A DNA stretch of 32,000 nucleotides. It comes from Prochlorococcus marinus subsp. pastoris str. CCMP1986 (GTDB taxonomy: Bacteria; Cyanobacteriota; Cyanobacteriia; PCC-6307; Cyanobiaceae). Shown in pieces: positions 10,658-19,735 of the stretch. The translations under genes and the position numbers were made by a program. The stretch covers positions 1,260,001-1,292,000 of the forward strand of contig NC_005072.1 in NCBI RefSeq assembly GCF_000011465.1, given 5' to 3'. The first letter of the stretch is position 1. Each line of letters opens with the position of its first letter. A model generated the notes under the pieces. The model saw only the letters and a list, made by a program, of their open reading frames with translations, did no database searches and had not been told where the DNA came from.

Positions 10658-10909
10658 GAACTTATATCTATATTTTTTAATAATTTTTGCTGGTTCTAAA
10701 TTATCCTGAGTCTCATATAGTATCCATTGATGAGTTTCAGTATCATGATCACAACCTAAGCTATTTGATGGGTCAGGCAAATTAGAAAGATATGAGTGAC
10801 ATGACTGATCCGCCTCGAAAGCAGAGTCATAACCACTTAAAAAGTATACTGAAAATCCAATAAGTACAACTGATATAACCACTTGAAAAAATAAGCTAAC
10901 TATCTTCAT
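10652..10909 (-). CDS. hypothetical small protein with N-terminal signal-anchor
   Basis: The ATG at 10909 gives MKIVSLFFQVVISVVLIGFSVYFL followed by a soluble Cys- and His-containing tail. The GTG at 10939 is an alternative start. Its 3' end overlaps the converging 10445..10657 ORF by 6 nt. Confidence 0.45.
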   Translation of the reverse strand: MKIVSLFFQVVISVVLIGFSVYFLSGYDSAFEADQSCHSYLSNLPDPSNSLGCDHDTETHQWILYETQDNLEPAKIIKKYRYKFL

Positions 10910-10968
10910 GAATTTCCGGTCAAAATTTAAATATATCACTTCTAAAATTCTTTCGATAAAAAATTAAG

Positions 10969-11214
10969 CTATCGACCAACATTAAAGATAAAATCATGAA
11001 AGCCTTTATTATTAAAATACAAAATAACCAAAAGTACTAAAATTATATTTAAAACTAATACAACTGAACCAAATATATTAATCTGCTTTTTACCTGGCAA
11101 GGTATAAGTAAATTTTTTTCCTTTAAGAAAAGAAGCTAACCCTTTTTTCTCTTTTTCCAAATCCTTAATAGGTTTATCATTTTTAACTTCACTTTCAGAA
11201 AAACCTTTTACCAT
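10969..11214 (-). CDS. hypothetical small tail-anchored membrane protein
   Basis: ATG start. Lys-rich N-terminal half, then a single TM helix (INIFGSVVLVLNIILVLLVILYF). Confidence 0.45.
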   Translation of the reverse strand: MVKGFSESEVKNDKPIKDLEKEKKGLASFLKGKKFTYTLPGKKQINIFGSVVLVLNIILVLLVILYFNNKGFHDFIFNVGR

Positions 11215-11268
11215 TTCAACCTTTATAACAAATTAATAATATTCTAAATTTAAAATTTTTCTCAAGAA

Positions 11269-11598
11269 TTAACAATTTTTATTCACATATGAAAGCATCA
11301 TTCCATTTTTATTTTTCTTTAACTTTCTAAAGTAATAAGCTTCAATAAGTTCTGTCTGCAACCCAAGAATACTTGCCTGACATTTATATTTTTTTTGCTC
11401 AGACTCAACTAACTGTATTTTCTCAATTTCCAATAATAAGTTACTACATACTTTATATTGCAAATCTTTGAAGCATTCATTTGCTTTTCTTAAAATTTCC
11501 GATTTAGTTAATAATTGTTCGGCAACAATAGGATTTAAGAATAAAACTAACAAAGGTAGTGAGAAACATATAAATTTCTTATAACTAAAAAGAGTCAA
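11269..11598 (-). CDS. hypothetical secreted Cys-containing small protein
   Basis: Signal-peptide-like N-terminus (KKFICFSLPLLVLFLNPIVAEQ) and four Cys in the mature part. The only available start is TTG at 11598. An in-frame TAG lies 6 codons upstream and an AGGAGG lies 11 nt upstream. Confidence 0.45.
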   Translation of the reverse strand: MTLFSYKKFICFSLPLLVLFLNPIVAEQLLTKSEILRKANECFKDLQYKVCSNLLLEIEKIQLVESEQKKYKCQASILGLQTELIEAYYFRKLKKNKNGMMLSYVNKNC

Positions 11599-11667
11599 AA
11601 AGTAAAAACCCTCCTAATAAAATCATGTTAAAAATAATATAAAAAAATTATCAATACTTTTTTCTTT

Positions 11668-11696
11668 AAAAAAAAAGGTGTTCAAAAAGAACACCT
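11668..11696 (-). terminator. rho-independent terminator of hup
   Basis: Perfect 8-bp stem aggtgttc (11676-11683) / gaacacct (11689-11696) with a 5-nt loop. On the minus strand it is followed by a run of 8 U (plus-strand A-run 11668-11675). Lies about 30 nt downstream of the hup stop. Confidence 0.75.
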
Positions 11697-11726
11697 ATAT
11701 TAAAGACAAAATAAGCTATTAGAATA

Positions 11727-12002
11727 TTAGCCTTGAACTCTATCCTTAAATAGTTTTCCTGCTGAGAATGTAGGAACTCTTTTCGCGGGAATCGCAATTT
11801 TTTCCCCAGTTTTAGGGTTTAAGCCCTGTCTAGCAGAACGATCCCTTGGTTCAAAAGAACCAAATCCCAGTATGGAGACTTTTTTGCCTTCCACTACTGA
11901 ATCAACAATAGTTTCAATAGCTGCATCAACAACTAAAGATACATCTGTTTTTGTAAGCTCAGTACGAGCAGCTACAAGATTTACTAAATCAGCTTTGTTC
12001 AT
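11727..12002 (-). CDS. hup: DNA-binding protein HU
   Basis: MNKADLV..; the FGSFEPRDRSARQGLNPKTGEKIAIPAKRVPTFSAGK arm motif is typical of the HU/IHF family. Size 91 aa. Confidence 0.95.
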   Translation of the reverse strand: MNKADLVNLVAARTELTKTDVSLVVDAAIETIVDSVVEGKKVSILGFGSFEPRDRSARQGLNPKTGEKIAIPAKRVPTFSAGKLFKDRVQG

Positions 12003-12634
12003 TGAATTGTTTGTATAGCAGAGATTTGAAAGACAAGAATTTTAAAATCAAGTCTAATTACCTCGAACTTGCATATCATATGGAGCAAATACAAATACGG
12101 CAACCAAAAATGCCGGCAGCGCAAAGCTTTATACAAAATTTAATGACATTTTTAGCTATTCAACAATATTGTTAGATCTTAAATTTTTATAAGCACTTAA
12201 ATTTACTTTAGGTAAAATGAAGGGCCAAAACTCTTGCAGTAACTAGTTTTCTTTAAAAAAGTTTAATTTCTAATTATTAAAAAAATTTATATTTAAAAGT
12301 AATCAATTTAACAATTTCAAATATTTATTATTTTTTATTAAATTTCAGATATATTTTCTTCTCAGCACATGAAGAGGATATTCTTTCCATTTTAAAAGCA
12401 AAAAAATTCAGTAACATATTACGTTTGAACCGAGTTTTGAACTTTTTTGTGTATAAATACAAAACAAAGAAAAGAACATTTAATTAGTAATATTAAATTT
12501 TTTAAATTTAAGAATATTGATGAGTGAAACATCAAATTTGATTCTTTTTTTTTAATTTTGCACTTATGATTCTGAAATGAATTATTTAATTAAATTAGTT
12601 CATTTATAAAAAAAATTAAAGAAATAAAGAAACA

Positions 12635-14668
12635 GTGAATGATATAAAGGTTGGAAAACCATTACCTCTGGGTAGTTCAATAACTTCAGGAGGTGTCAAT
12701 TTCTCTCTAATAGCTACAAATGCAGAATATATAGAAATTTTATTATTCGAGAAAGAAGATTCAGTTGCTCCAAAAACAATCTTCAAGTTAGATCATAGTC
12801 ATAAGACTGGTTCTTATTGGCATGCTGAAATAAATAATCTCAAAGAGGGTTCAATCTATGCCTTTAGAGTAAAACAGAATGATAATGGACTAAATAAAAA
12901 TTATTCTAAAACTGTTCTCATAGATCCTTGCTCAAGAGGCATTACTGGATGGAGTAATTACAAAAGAAAAAATGCACTCAACAATATAGATAACATGGAT
13001 TGTTGTCTTAAAAGTGTTGTTTGTGATAGAAAATCTTTTAATTTTAAAGATTTCCCTAGACCTAAACACTCATGGAAAGAAACTATTATTTATGAGTTAC
13101 ATATCAAAGCATTTACTCAATCCTCTAATGAAGAAGAAAGTTGTTTTAAAAAATTTTTAAAAAAAATTCCATATCTTAAAAAACTTGGCATAACAAGTAT
13201 TGAATTACTTCCGGTATTTTGTTTTGACCCAAATGATGCTCCTAATGGATTAGAAAATTTCTGGGGATATAGTCCTATTAACTGGTTTACTCCACATTTT
13301 CAATATCTTTCTAATAATACCGCCAAAGGAAATAGAGAGGAATTTAGAAAATTTGTGGAAGAATGCCATAAAGCAAACATTGAAGTAATTTTAGATGTGG
13401 TTTATAACCATACCTCTGAAGGAGATTATCAAGGACCTGCCATATCTTGGAAAGGGATAGATGACAATCTTTATTATTTCATCGACAAAGATAAAAATTA
13501 TCAAGATGTCTCTGGATGTGGGAACACTATAGCAGCAAATAGAGGATTAGTTAGAAAATTAATATTAGAGTCATTAAAATGCTGGGTAAATGAATTAGGC
13601 GTTGATGGTTTTAGATTTGATTTAGGTATTGCCTTGTCAAGAGGTGAAGATCTCATCCCTCTTGATAATCCACCAATTTTTGATGATATTGAATGTGATC
13701 CTGAACTTGCCGATATCAAATTTATCAGTGAGCCTTGGGATTGTGGAGGATTATATAAATTAAACGATTTCCCCTCTAAGAAAACGTTTACATGGAATGG
13801 GCATTTCAGAGATGACTTAAGAAGATTTTGGAAAGGGGATAAAGATACGGCTTGGAATATGAGTGACAAAATCAAAGGTAGTCCATCACATTACAAAGAA
13901 AATAATTTCTTACCAAAGTCTATAAATTTCATAACTTCACACGATGGATTTACACTAAAAGATTTAGTTACCTTTAACAAAAAACATAATTTCGCAAATA
14001 AAGAGCAAAATAGAGATGGGGATAACCACAACAATTCATGGAATCATGGAGTGGAAGGACCTACATCAGACTTATCTATTAAAAAATTAAGAAAGCGGCA
14101 ACAAAAAAATTTACTTTTGAGTTTATTCATTTCAAGAGGAGTCCCTATGTTGCTAATGGGTGATGAAATAGGAAGATCTCAAGGCGGAAATAATAATTCT
14201 TGGTGCCAAAACAATTCTTTAGGTTGGATGAATTGGGATGAAAATCAACAAGATTTAGAACTATTAAATTATCTAAAGTATTTAATAAAAATAAGAAAAA
14301 AATTTATTAATTTTTTTAATCCTATTTCTTCAACAAATAAAAAAGAAATTGACAATTTAGCCAATTATTATTGGCATGGTCCAAAGTTAGAAAGTCCAGA
14401 TTGGAGTAGTTGGTCACATACAGTTGCATTAAGCATCAATAAAGGTGAAAATAATCCTTTAATTTGGGCTGGCTTAAATGCATATTCAAAAAGCATTGAT
14501 TTTTATTTACCAAAATCTAAAAGTAAATGGCTCAAAATTATTGATACTAATCATTCTGAAAATACTAAGCCTATCCCCATTACCGATACTTTTATTAAAG
14601 TAGATAATAGAAGCTCTGTGTTAATTATTTCAGAAGAAGTATTTGGAACAAAAAATAATATAATCTAA
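12635..14668 (+). CDS. glgX: glycogen debranching enzyme (isoamylase-type, GH13)
   Basis: N-terminus GKPLPLGSSITSGGVNFSL. GH13 regions VILDVVYNHT, GVDGFRFDLG, EPWD and FITSHDGFTL. GTG start; no in-frame ATG nearby. Confidence 0.93.
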   Translation: MNDIKVGKPLPLGSSITSGGVNFSLIATNAEYIEILLFEKEDSVAPKTIFKLDHSHKTGSYWHAEINNLKEGSIYAFRVKQNDNGLNKNYSKTVLIDPCSRGITGWSNYKRKNALNNIDNMDCCLKSVVCDRKSFNFKDFPRPKHSWKETIIYELHIKAFTQSSNEEESCFKKFLKKIPYLKKLGITSIELLPVFCFDPNDAPNGLENFWGYSPINWFTPHFQYLSNNTAKGNREEFRKFVEECHKANIEVILDVVYNHTSEGDYQGPAISWKGIDDNLYYFIDKDKNYQDVSGCGNTIAANRGLVRKLILESLKCWVNELGVDGFRFDLGIALSRGEDLIPLDNPPIFDDIECDPELADIKFISEPWDCGGLYKLNDFPSKKTFTWNGHFRDDLRRFWKGDKDTAWNMSDKIKGSPSHYKENNFLPKSINFITSHDGFTLKDLVTFNKKHNFANKEQNRDGDNHNNSWNHGVEGPTSDLSIKKLRKRQQKNLLLSLFISRGVPMLLMGDEIGRSQGGNNNSWCQNNSLGWMNWDENQQDLELLNYLKYLIKIRKKFINFFNPISSTNKKEIDNLANYYWHGPKLESPDWSSWSHTVALSINKGENNPLIWAGLNAYSKSIDFYLPKSKSKWLKIIDTNHSENTKPIPITDTFIKVDNRSSVLIISEEVFGTKNNII

Positions 14669-14669
14669 A

Positions 14670-14740
14670 AGCGGGCGGCGGGAATCGAACCCGCATCTTC
14701 AGCTTGGAAGGCTGAGGTTTTACCACTAAACCACGCCCGC
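14670..14740 (-). tRNA. tRNA-Gly (anticodon UCC)
   Basis: The minus strand reads GCGGGCG-UG-GUUU-AGUGGUA-AAAC-C-UCAGC-CUUCCAA-GCUGA-AGAU-GCGGG-UUCGAUU-CCCGC-CGCCCGC-U. This is a full cloverleaf with a TTCGATT T-loop and the anticodon UCC (plus-strand gga at 14706-14708). CCA is not encoded. Confidence 0.93.
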
Positions 14741-14801
14741 AAAAAGTAATAGAATTACCTTTGCAATAATACATTACCAAACAATCAACAAAGTAAAAAG
14801 A

Positions 14802-16199
14802 TTGGAAAATTCACACTCAAAAAATATAACCGGATCAAGAACAAGATTAATGCTCTCTTATGGACTTGGAGATGCAGGCACAGGTCTAGCCGCCACACAA
14901 TTTGGCTTTTTCCTTTTTAGATTCTTTATTTGTTCGGCAGGTTTACCCGTTTTAATTGCAGGTTCATTACTAATGTTGATAAAAATATGGGATGCAATAA
15001 ACGATCCATTAATAGGATGGTTAAGTGATAGGACAAAATCGAGATGGGGGCCAAGGATACCTTGGATGCTAATTGCTGCAGTGCCTCTAGGGATTTCTTT
15101 GGCAGCAATTTGGTGGATCCCCACAGGCCCTGTCATAAACAGAACGATATACTATACTTTGATTTCAATAATAGTAATGACTGCTTATACAAGTATTAAT
15201 CTTCCTTTCGCAGCTCTATCTACAGAAATCTCAGAAAAAACTTCAATAAGAACTAGGTTAAATGCCGCAAGATTTACAGGCTCAATAATAGCTGGTTTAA
15301 CTGGTTTAATAATAGCTGGAGTGGTTTTAAATTCAGAAGGATTAGCTAATAACGAATATTTTGTGATGGGCAAAATTAGCGGTTTTATAGCAGTAATAAC
15401 AACCTTATTATCTTGCTGGGGACTTGCCCCATATGCAAAAAAAGCTAGACGGCCATCTGCGAAAGCGGAACCAATTAAACTTCAATTTAAAAGAATATTT
15501 AATAACAAAAAATTTCTTAAAGTGATTTCCCTTTATATTTTACTTTGGTGTGCCTTGCAGTTAATGCAAACAGTCGCGTTAATTTATGTAGAGGATGTTC
15601 TTAATGTGCCTTCAGAAATTGCTAACTGGGTTCCAATACCATTCCAAATAAGTGCCCTAATAGGATTACAAATATGGGCAAGAGTCTCAAATAAGTTGAA
15701 CAGAATTTCAGCTTTAAACTATGGTGCAATTATTTGGATTATTTCTTGTACATCAGCATTATTTTTACCTTCTTTATCAAAAGTTTCTTCTATAGAAGAT
15801 AGCTTTTTACTTAATTTTGATAACCTTATCCTATTCATAATGTTGATTGTCATAATCTGTTTAATTGGAATAGGAGCTTCAACCGCGTACTTAATACCTT
15901 GGTCACTACTTCCTGATGCAATAGATGAAGATCCAGAAAAACCCGCAGGCCTTTATACTGCTTGGATGGTTCTTATTCAGAAAATTGGCATTGGACTAAG
16001 TGTTCAAGTATTAGGTTTATTATTATATATATCTGGTTATCAATCATGTTTTGTGGACAAATCTACTTTAAATATTATTGAACAATCATCTTTAGCTCAA
16101 TTAACCATCAGGTTGTGTATTGGTTTTATACCTTCTTTATTAGTAATAGTTGGACTATTTATAATGCGAAAGTGGGATCAAAAATTATTAACCAATTAA
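14802..16199 (+). CDS. glcH: GPH-family sugar:cation symporter (MelB-like; probable ortholog of the Prochlorococcus glucose transporter GlcH)
   Basis: About 12 TM helices. GPH signature WDAINDPLIGWLSDRTKSRWGPR after TM2, and LSYGLGD near the N-terminus. The start is either TTG at 14802 or ATG at 14850. Confidence 0.8.
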   Translation: MENSHSKNITGSRTRLMLSYGLGDAGTGLAATQFGFFLFRFFICSAGLPVLIAGSLLMLIKIWDAINDPLIGWLSDRTKSRWGPRIPWMLIAAVPLGISLAAIWWIPTGPVINRTIYYTLISIIVMTAYTSINLPFAALSTEISEKTSIRTRLNAARFTGSIIAGLTGLIIAGVVLNSEGLANNEYFVMGKISGFIAVITTLLSCWGLAPYAKKARRPSAKAEPIKLQFKRIFNNKKFLKVISLYILLWCALQLMQTVALIYVEDVLNVPSEIANWVPIPFQISALIGLQIWARVSNKLNRISALNYGAIIWIISCTSALFLPSLSKVSSIEDSFLLNFDNLILFIMLIVIICLIGIGASTAYLIPWSLLPDAIDEDPEKPAGLYTAWMVLIQKIGIGLSVQVLGLLLYISGYQSCFVDKSTLNIIEQSSLAQLTIRLCIGFIPSLLVIVGLFIMRKWDQKLLTN

Positions 16200-16208
16200 T
16201 ATAAAAAC

Positions 16209-16964
16209 ATGTACTATCCTAAGTTTTTTAAAAGACTTGTAAGCAGCCTCATAATTGGAGGACAAGCAATTAACTATATCTTTAGAGGTAAAATTTCAAA
16301 AAACGATCTTTTTGAACAGCTTATGGAATCAGGTCCCGGAAGTTTAGTGATTGTTTTAATTACAGGCATTGCGGCAGGTACAGTTTTTAATATTCAGGTA
16401 GCTTCCCAACTAACAAGCATGGGGGTTTCAAGTGAAATAGGGGGCTTACTAGCTGTAGGGATGGCAAGAGAAATGGCTCCTCTTCTAACTGCTACTTTAA
16501 TGACTGGCAAAGTCGCTACTGCATATGCAGCTCAACTCGGAACGATGAAAGTTACAGAACAAATAGAAGCTATAACAATGTTAAGAACTGAACCAATTCA
16601 ATATTTAGTAGTTCCAAGATTACTCTCTATGATAATTATGTCACCAATACAATGTCTTTTATTTTTATCAGTTGCTTTATGGAGTGGGCAAATCTGGAGC
16701 ACAATTTTTTATAACGTTCCTCCCATTGTTTTTTGGACCTCTGTTCGTTCTGGTAATGTAAGCTTAACTAGTTCAGACTTATCATCCATGATAATTAAAT
16801 CCGTAGTTTTCGGATTACTAATATCAATTATTGCCTGTGGATATGGCCTTACTACTAAAGGAGGTCCAAAAGAAGTAGGAACAAGTACAACAGGTGCTGT
16901 GGTAATGACTCTTGTTACTGTATCTTTAATGGATGTAGTTCTAACACAAATATTATTTGGATAA
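16209..16964 (+). CDS. mlaE: MlaE/TGD1-type ABC transporter permease (lipid trafficking)
   Basis: Motifs GPGSLVIVLITG and EIGGLLAVGMAREMAPLLTA, with about 5 TM helices. Size 251 aa. Confidence 0.85.
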   Translation: MYYPKFFKRLVSSLIIGGQAINYIFRGKISKNDLFEQLMESGPGSLVIVLITGIAAGTVFNIQVASQLTSMGVSSEIGGLLAVGMAREMAPLLTATLMTGKVATAYAAQLGTMKVTEQIEAITMLRTEPIQYLVVPRLLSMIIMSPIQCLLFLSVALWSGQIWSTIFYNVPPIVFWTSVRSGNVSLTSSDLSSMIIKSVVFGLLISIIACGYGLTTKGGPKEVGTSTTGAVVMTLVTVSLMDVVLTQILFG

Positions 16965-16968
16965 ATCG

Positions 16969-17373
16969 ATGTTTAATACTAAATCAAAACTAACTGAGCC
17001 AGTAACCATCTCTCCATCTTTTCAATTACCAATAATCCTAATAATTTTAAGTTTTATGCTCCTATTCCTAAATATTGGTTATTGGCCCACCATAGTATTT
17101 GCTGCATTTAGCTTTTTTTTATTGCTTCAATCATTTACTTTAAGAATAAAAATAACCAATGAAGATTTTATAGTTTTGCAACTTGGAAAAGAAATTAGAA
17201 CCTTTCCATTTAAAAATTGGATCTCTTGGAAATTCTTTTTTCCCATAATCCCCGGTATTTTTTACTTTAGAGAAAAGTCTAGTCCTCATTTATTACCTAT
17301 ACTATTTAATCCAGAGCAACTAAAAAACGAACTTATAAAGAAAGTTGAATCTCTGGAAATTAAAAACCCTTAA
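16969..17373 (+). CDS. conserved hypothetical membrane protein (possibly DUF3119-like)
   Basis: ATG 5 nt after the mlaE stop; the track's TTG at 16957 would overlap mlaE. Two adjacent TM helices (LPIILIILSFMLLFL and WPTIVFAAFSFFLLL) followed by a soluble domain. The family name is from memory only. Confidence 0.55.
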   Translation: MFNTKSKLTEPVTISPSFQLPIILIILSFMLLFLNIGYWPTIVFAAFSFFLLLQSFTLRIKITNEDFIVLQLGKEIRTFPFKNWISWKFFFPIIPGIFYFREKSSPHLLPILFNPEQLKNELIKKVESLEIKNP

Positions 17374-17407
17374 AAAAAATTTTTTGATTAATTACAAATT
17401 CAATTAA

Positions 17408-18418
17408 ATGACTAATACAAAAGTTTCTAATAATAATCCTGATAAGGAATCAATAATCAATAAATCAATTACAAAAGCAAAAGATAATGAAATAATCAAA
17501 AATAAAACAATTCAAAATAAAAAGGTAAATTCTGTAAGTAAAGAACCTAATAAATCTGTAGATGATATTTCAAATGAACTATTTAGCGAACTTATTTCAA
17601 AAAAAATCTCTTTAGTTCAAGAGATAAAAGATTTAGAAACAAAAAAAAATGAATTAGAAAAAGATATTGAATCAAATTTCAAGGGTCAATCAGATAATAT
17701 CGCAAAAAGAGTAAAGGGATTCCAAGAATATTTAACGGGCTCTTTACAGAACCTTTCACAAAATGTAGAAAAACTAGAATTAGTTTCGCAACCAATAGTT
17801 GTTAAGCCTTCTCCTCTTGATGAGAAAAAAGAGGCTTCAAACAAAAATGAATTGCTTACTGTTCCTGCCTTATCTGAAACATTTAAACCAGATGAACAAC
17901 TCATTAGAAGTTGTTTCTCAAATTTCATAGAACAGCCTGATTTTTATTCAGAACCGTGGAAATTAAGACGAAGCCTTGATTCATCAGATATTGAAGTCAT
18001 GGATGATTGGTTCTTTAATATGGGTGGAAGGGGATCCCTAGAGAGCAGGGGTTCGAGGCAAAAAAATGCTTTATTATCTGCTGGGTTCATAGCTATTCTT
18101 GGTGAATTGTATGGAGACCAGTTTCAAACTCTAATATTGGCTTCTCAGCCTGAAAGATTAGGAGAGTGGAGGAGAGTTTTACAAGATTCCTTAGGTCTTA
18201 CAAGAGATGATTTTGGACCCAATAGCGGCATTGTTCTTTTTGAAAGACCAGAAGGCGTTATAGAAAGAGCTGACAGATTAGAGGCTAATGAAGAATTGCC
18301 ATTTATTATTGTGGATGCAGCGGAAACATCTGTAGAAATACCAATTCTTCAATTTCCATTATGGCTTGCCTTCGCAGGCTCAAATGATGAAATTTATGAT
18401 GATCTTGAACTAAATTAA
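17408..18418 (+). CDS. conserved hypothetical protein: K/N-rich N-terminus, coiled coil, acidic globular C-terminal domain (possibly DUF3086-like)
   Basis: Long ORF with an ATG start. Heptad-like segment [28 protein letters not shown]-terminal half of normal composition (..[32 protein letters not shown]..). The family name is from memory only. Confidence 0.65.
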   Translation: MTNTKVSNNNPDKESIINKSITKAKDNEIIKNKTIQNKKVNSVSKEPNKSVDDISNELFSELISKKISLVQEIKDLETKKNELEKDIESNFKGQSDNIAKRVKGFQEYLTGSLQNLSQNVEKLELVSQPIVVKPSPLDEKKEASNKNELLTVPALSETFKPDEQLIRSCFSNFIEQPDFYSEPWKLRRSLDSSDIEVMDDWFFNMGGRGSLESRGSRQKNALLSAGFIAILGELYGDQFQTLILASQPERLGEWRRVLQDSLGLTRDDFGPNSGIVLFERPEGVIERADRLEANEELPFIIVDAAETSVEIPILQFPLWLAFAGSNDEIYDDLELN

Positions 18419-18423
18419 CTTCT

Positions 18424-19020
18424 ATGCATATTTTAATTATTTCTATAAGTTATTTTTTGGGATCACTACCAACAGGATTCTTATTTGGTAAATTTCTAAA
18501 AAATATTGATTTAAGACTTACAGGATCTGGATCAACCGGGGCAACGAATGTTTTAAGAAATGTGGGGAAATGGCCTGCTTTTTTTGTTTTTATTATTGAT
18601 GTAGGCAAAGGTCTTATTGCTGTTAAGATTGCTCAACATTATACAAATCAAAACTTATTTGAAGTTTTAGCAGGGATTGCTGCTATTTCAGGACATATAT
18701 GGCCAATATGGTTAAAAGGAAAAGGTGGGAAGGCAGTAGCTACAGGTTTAGGAATGTTTATTGCTCTTTCTTGGAAAATAGGATTTGCATCACTGGGAAT
18801 TTTTTTAATAATTCTTGCAAAATCTAAGATTGTCTCTTTATCGAGTATCTCAGCTGCAATTTTTTTACCATTTTTAATGTTTTTAGATATTGGATCTACT
18901 AATCATCCTTACTTCTTTATTAGTTTAGTTGTATCAATATTAGTTATCTGGAAGCATAGAACAAATATTAGACGATTACTTAAAGGAGAAGAATTAAAGA
19001 TAAATGATATTAACAAATAG
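18424..19020 (+). CDS. plsY: glycerol-3-phosphate acyltransferase PlsY
   Basis: GSLPTG and [12 protein letters not shown] motifs, GKGGKAVAT, about 5-6 TM helices. Size 198 aa. Confidence 0.92.
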   Translation: MHILIISISYFLGSLPTGFLFGKFLKNIDLRLTGSGSTGATNVLRNVGKWPAFFVFIIDVGKGLIAVKIAQHYTNQNLFEVLAGIAAISGHIWPIWLKGKGGKAVATGLGMFIALSWKIGFASLGIFLIILAKSKIVSLSSISAAIFLPFLMFLDIGSTNHPYFFISLVVSILVIWKHRTNIRRLLKGEELKINDINK

Positions 19021-19729
19021 ACTCGCAGATATCCAAAAAAGCCTTATTGGGATCTTTTGCTTTTGTAATAGCTCTTCCAATAACCAATTTAGAAGATCCA
19101 TTACTTATTGCTTCAAAAGGAGTCATTATTCTATTTTGATCATCTTTTTTTTGAATATTTGTCCTAATACCAGGTGTTATTAATTCGAAATTATTTTTAT
19201 ACATTGATCTCAATATTTTTGCCTCCAAAGGAGAACAAACGCATCCATCTAATCCAGCATCGAAAGACAATTTTGCAAGTCTGATAACATTTTCCTCAAT
19301 CGAGTTTTTTCTATCAAGATCAGTTTGGAATTCTTCACTAGATAAGCTAGTTAAAACAGTTATCCCTATAACACAAGGAGCATTTACAGTAGCTATTTTT
19401 GCTCCTTCTAAAGATGCTTTTTTTGATGCAGTAAGAGCTTTAGAACCTGCTGAAGCATGAACAGAAATAATATCAACTCCGAGTTTGGACACCTCATAAC
19501 AAGCAGCGCTCATAGTATTAGGAATATCGTGAAATTTAAGATCTAAGAATATTTTTTTATTTAAATTTTTCAAAATTTTTATTACACTAGGTCCCTCCCT
19601 CGTAAAAAGTTCTAAGCCAACTTTTACCCATTTAATATTGGGACATCTTTCTAGCAATACTTTTGCTTGAAATATATCTAATCCATCAATAGCTAATATT
19701 ATTTTTTCTTCTGTATTAAATTTTTTCAT
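19010..19729 (-). CDS. pyrF: orotidine 5'-phosphate decarboxylase
   Basis: Motifs [18 protein letters not shown], and [10 protein letters not shown] at the C-terminus. Its 3' end overlaps the plsY 3' end by 11 nt. Confidence 0.93.
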   Translation of the reverse strand: MKKFNTEEKIILAIDGLDIFQAKVLLERCPNIKWVKVGLELFTREGPSVIKILKNLNKKIFLDLKFHDIPNTMSAACYEVSKLGVDIISVHASAGSKALTASKKASLEGAKIATVNAPCVIGITVLTSLSSEEFQTDLDRKNSIEENVIRLAKLSFDAGLDGCVCSPLEAKILRSMYKNNFELITPGIRTNIQKKDDQNRIMTPFEAISNGSSKLVIGRAITKAKDPNKAFLDICESIC

Positions 19730-19735
19730 TTAATT

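Noticed and set aside
12411-12422. NtcA-like palindromes: GTA-N6-TAC upstream of glgX, and GTA-N7-TAC at 14746-14758 upstream of the symporter
   Set aside because: The canonical NtcA site is GTA-N8-TAC. Both have the wrong spacing and such motifs are easy to find by chance in AT-rich DNA.
13501-13875. 124-aa antisense ORF inside glgX
   Set aside because: Shadow ORF opposite conserved GH13 catalytic regions, with no motifs.
14670-14740. tRNA-Gly as the attachment site of a genomic island
   Set aside because: Prochlorococcus islands are often tRNA-flanked. Here, though, I see no duplicated tRNA 3' fragment, no integrase and no phage-like genes on either side. Both neighbours are ordinary metabolic genes.
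14858-15373. Three short antisense ORFs (14858..15136, 14926..15108, 15185..15373) inside the sugar symporter gene
   Set aside because: They overlap each other and the GPH signature region of a well-supported transporter, and show no independent signals.
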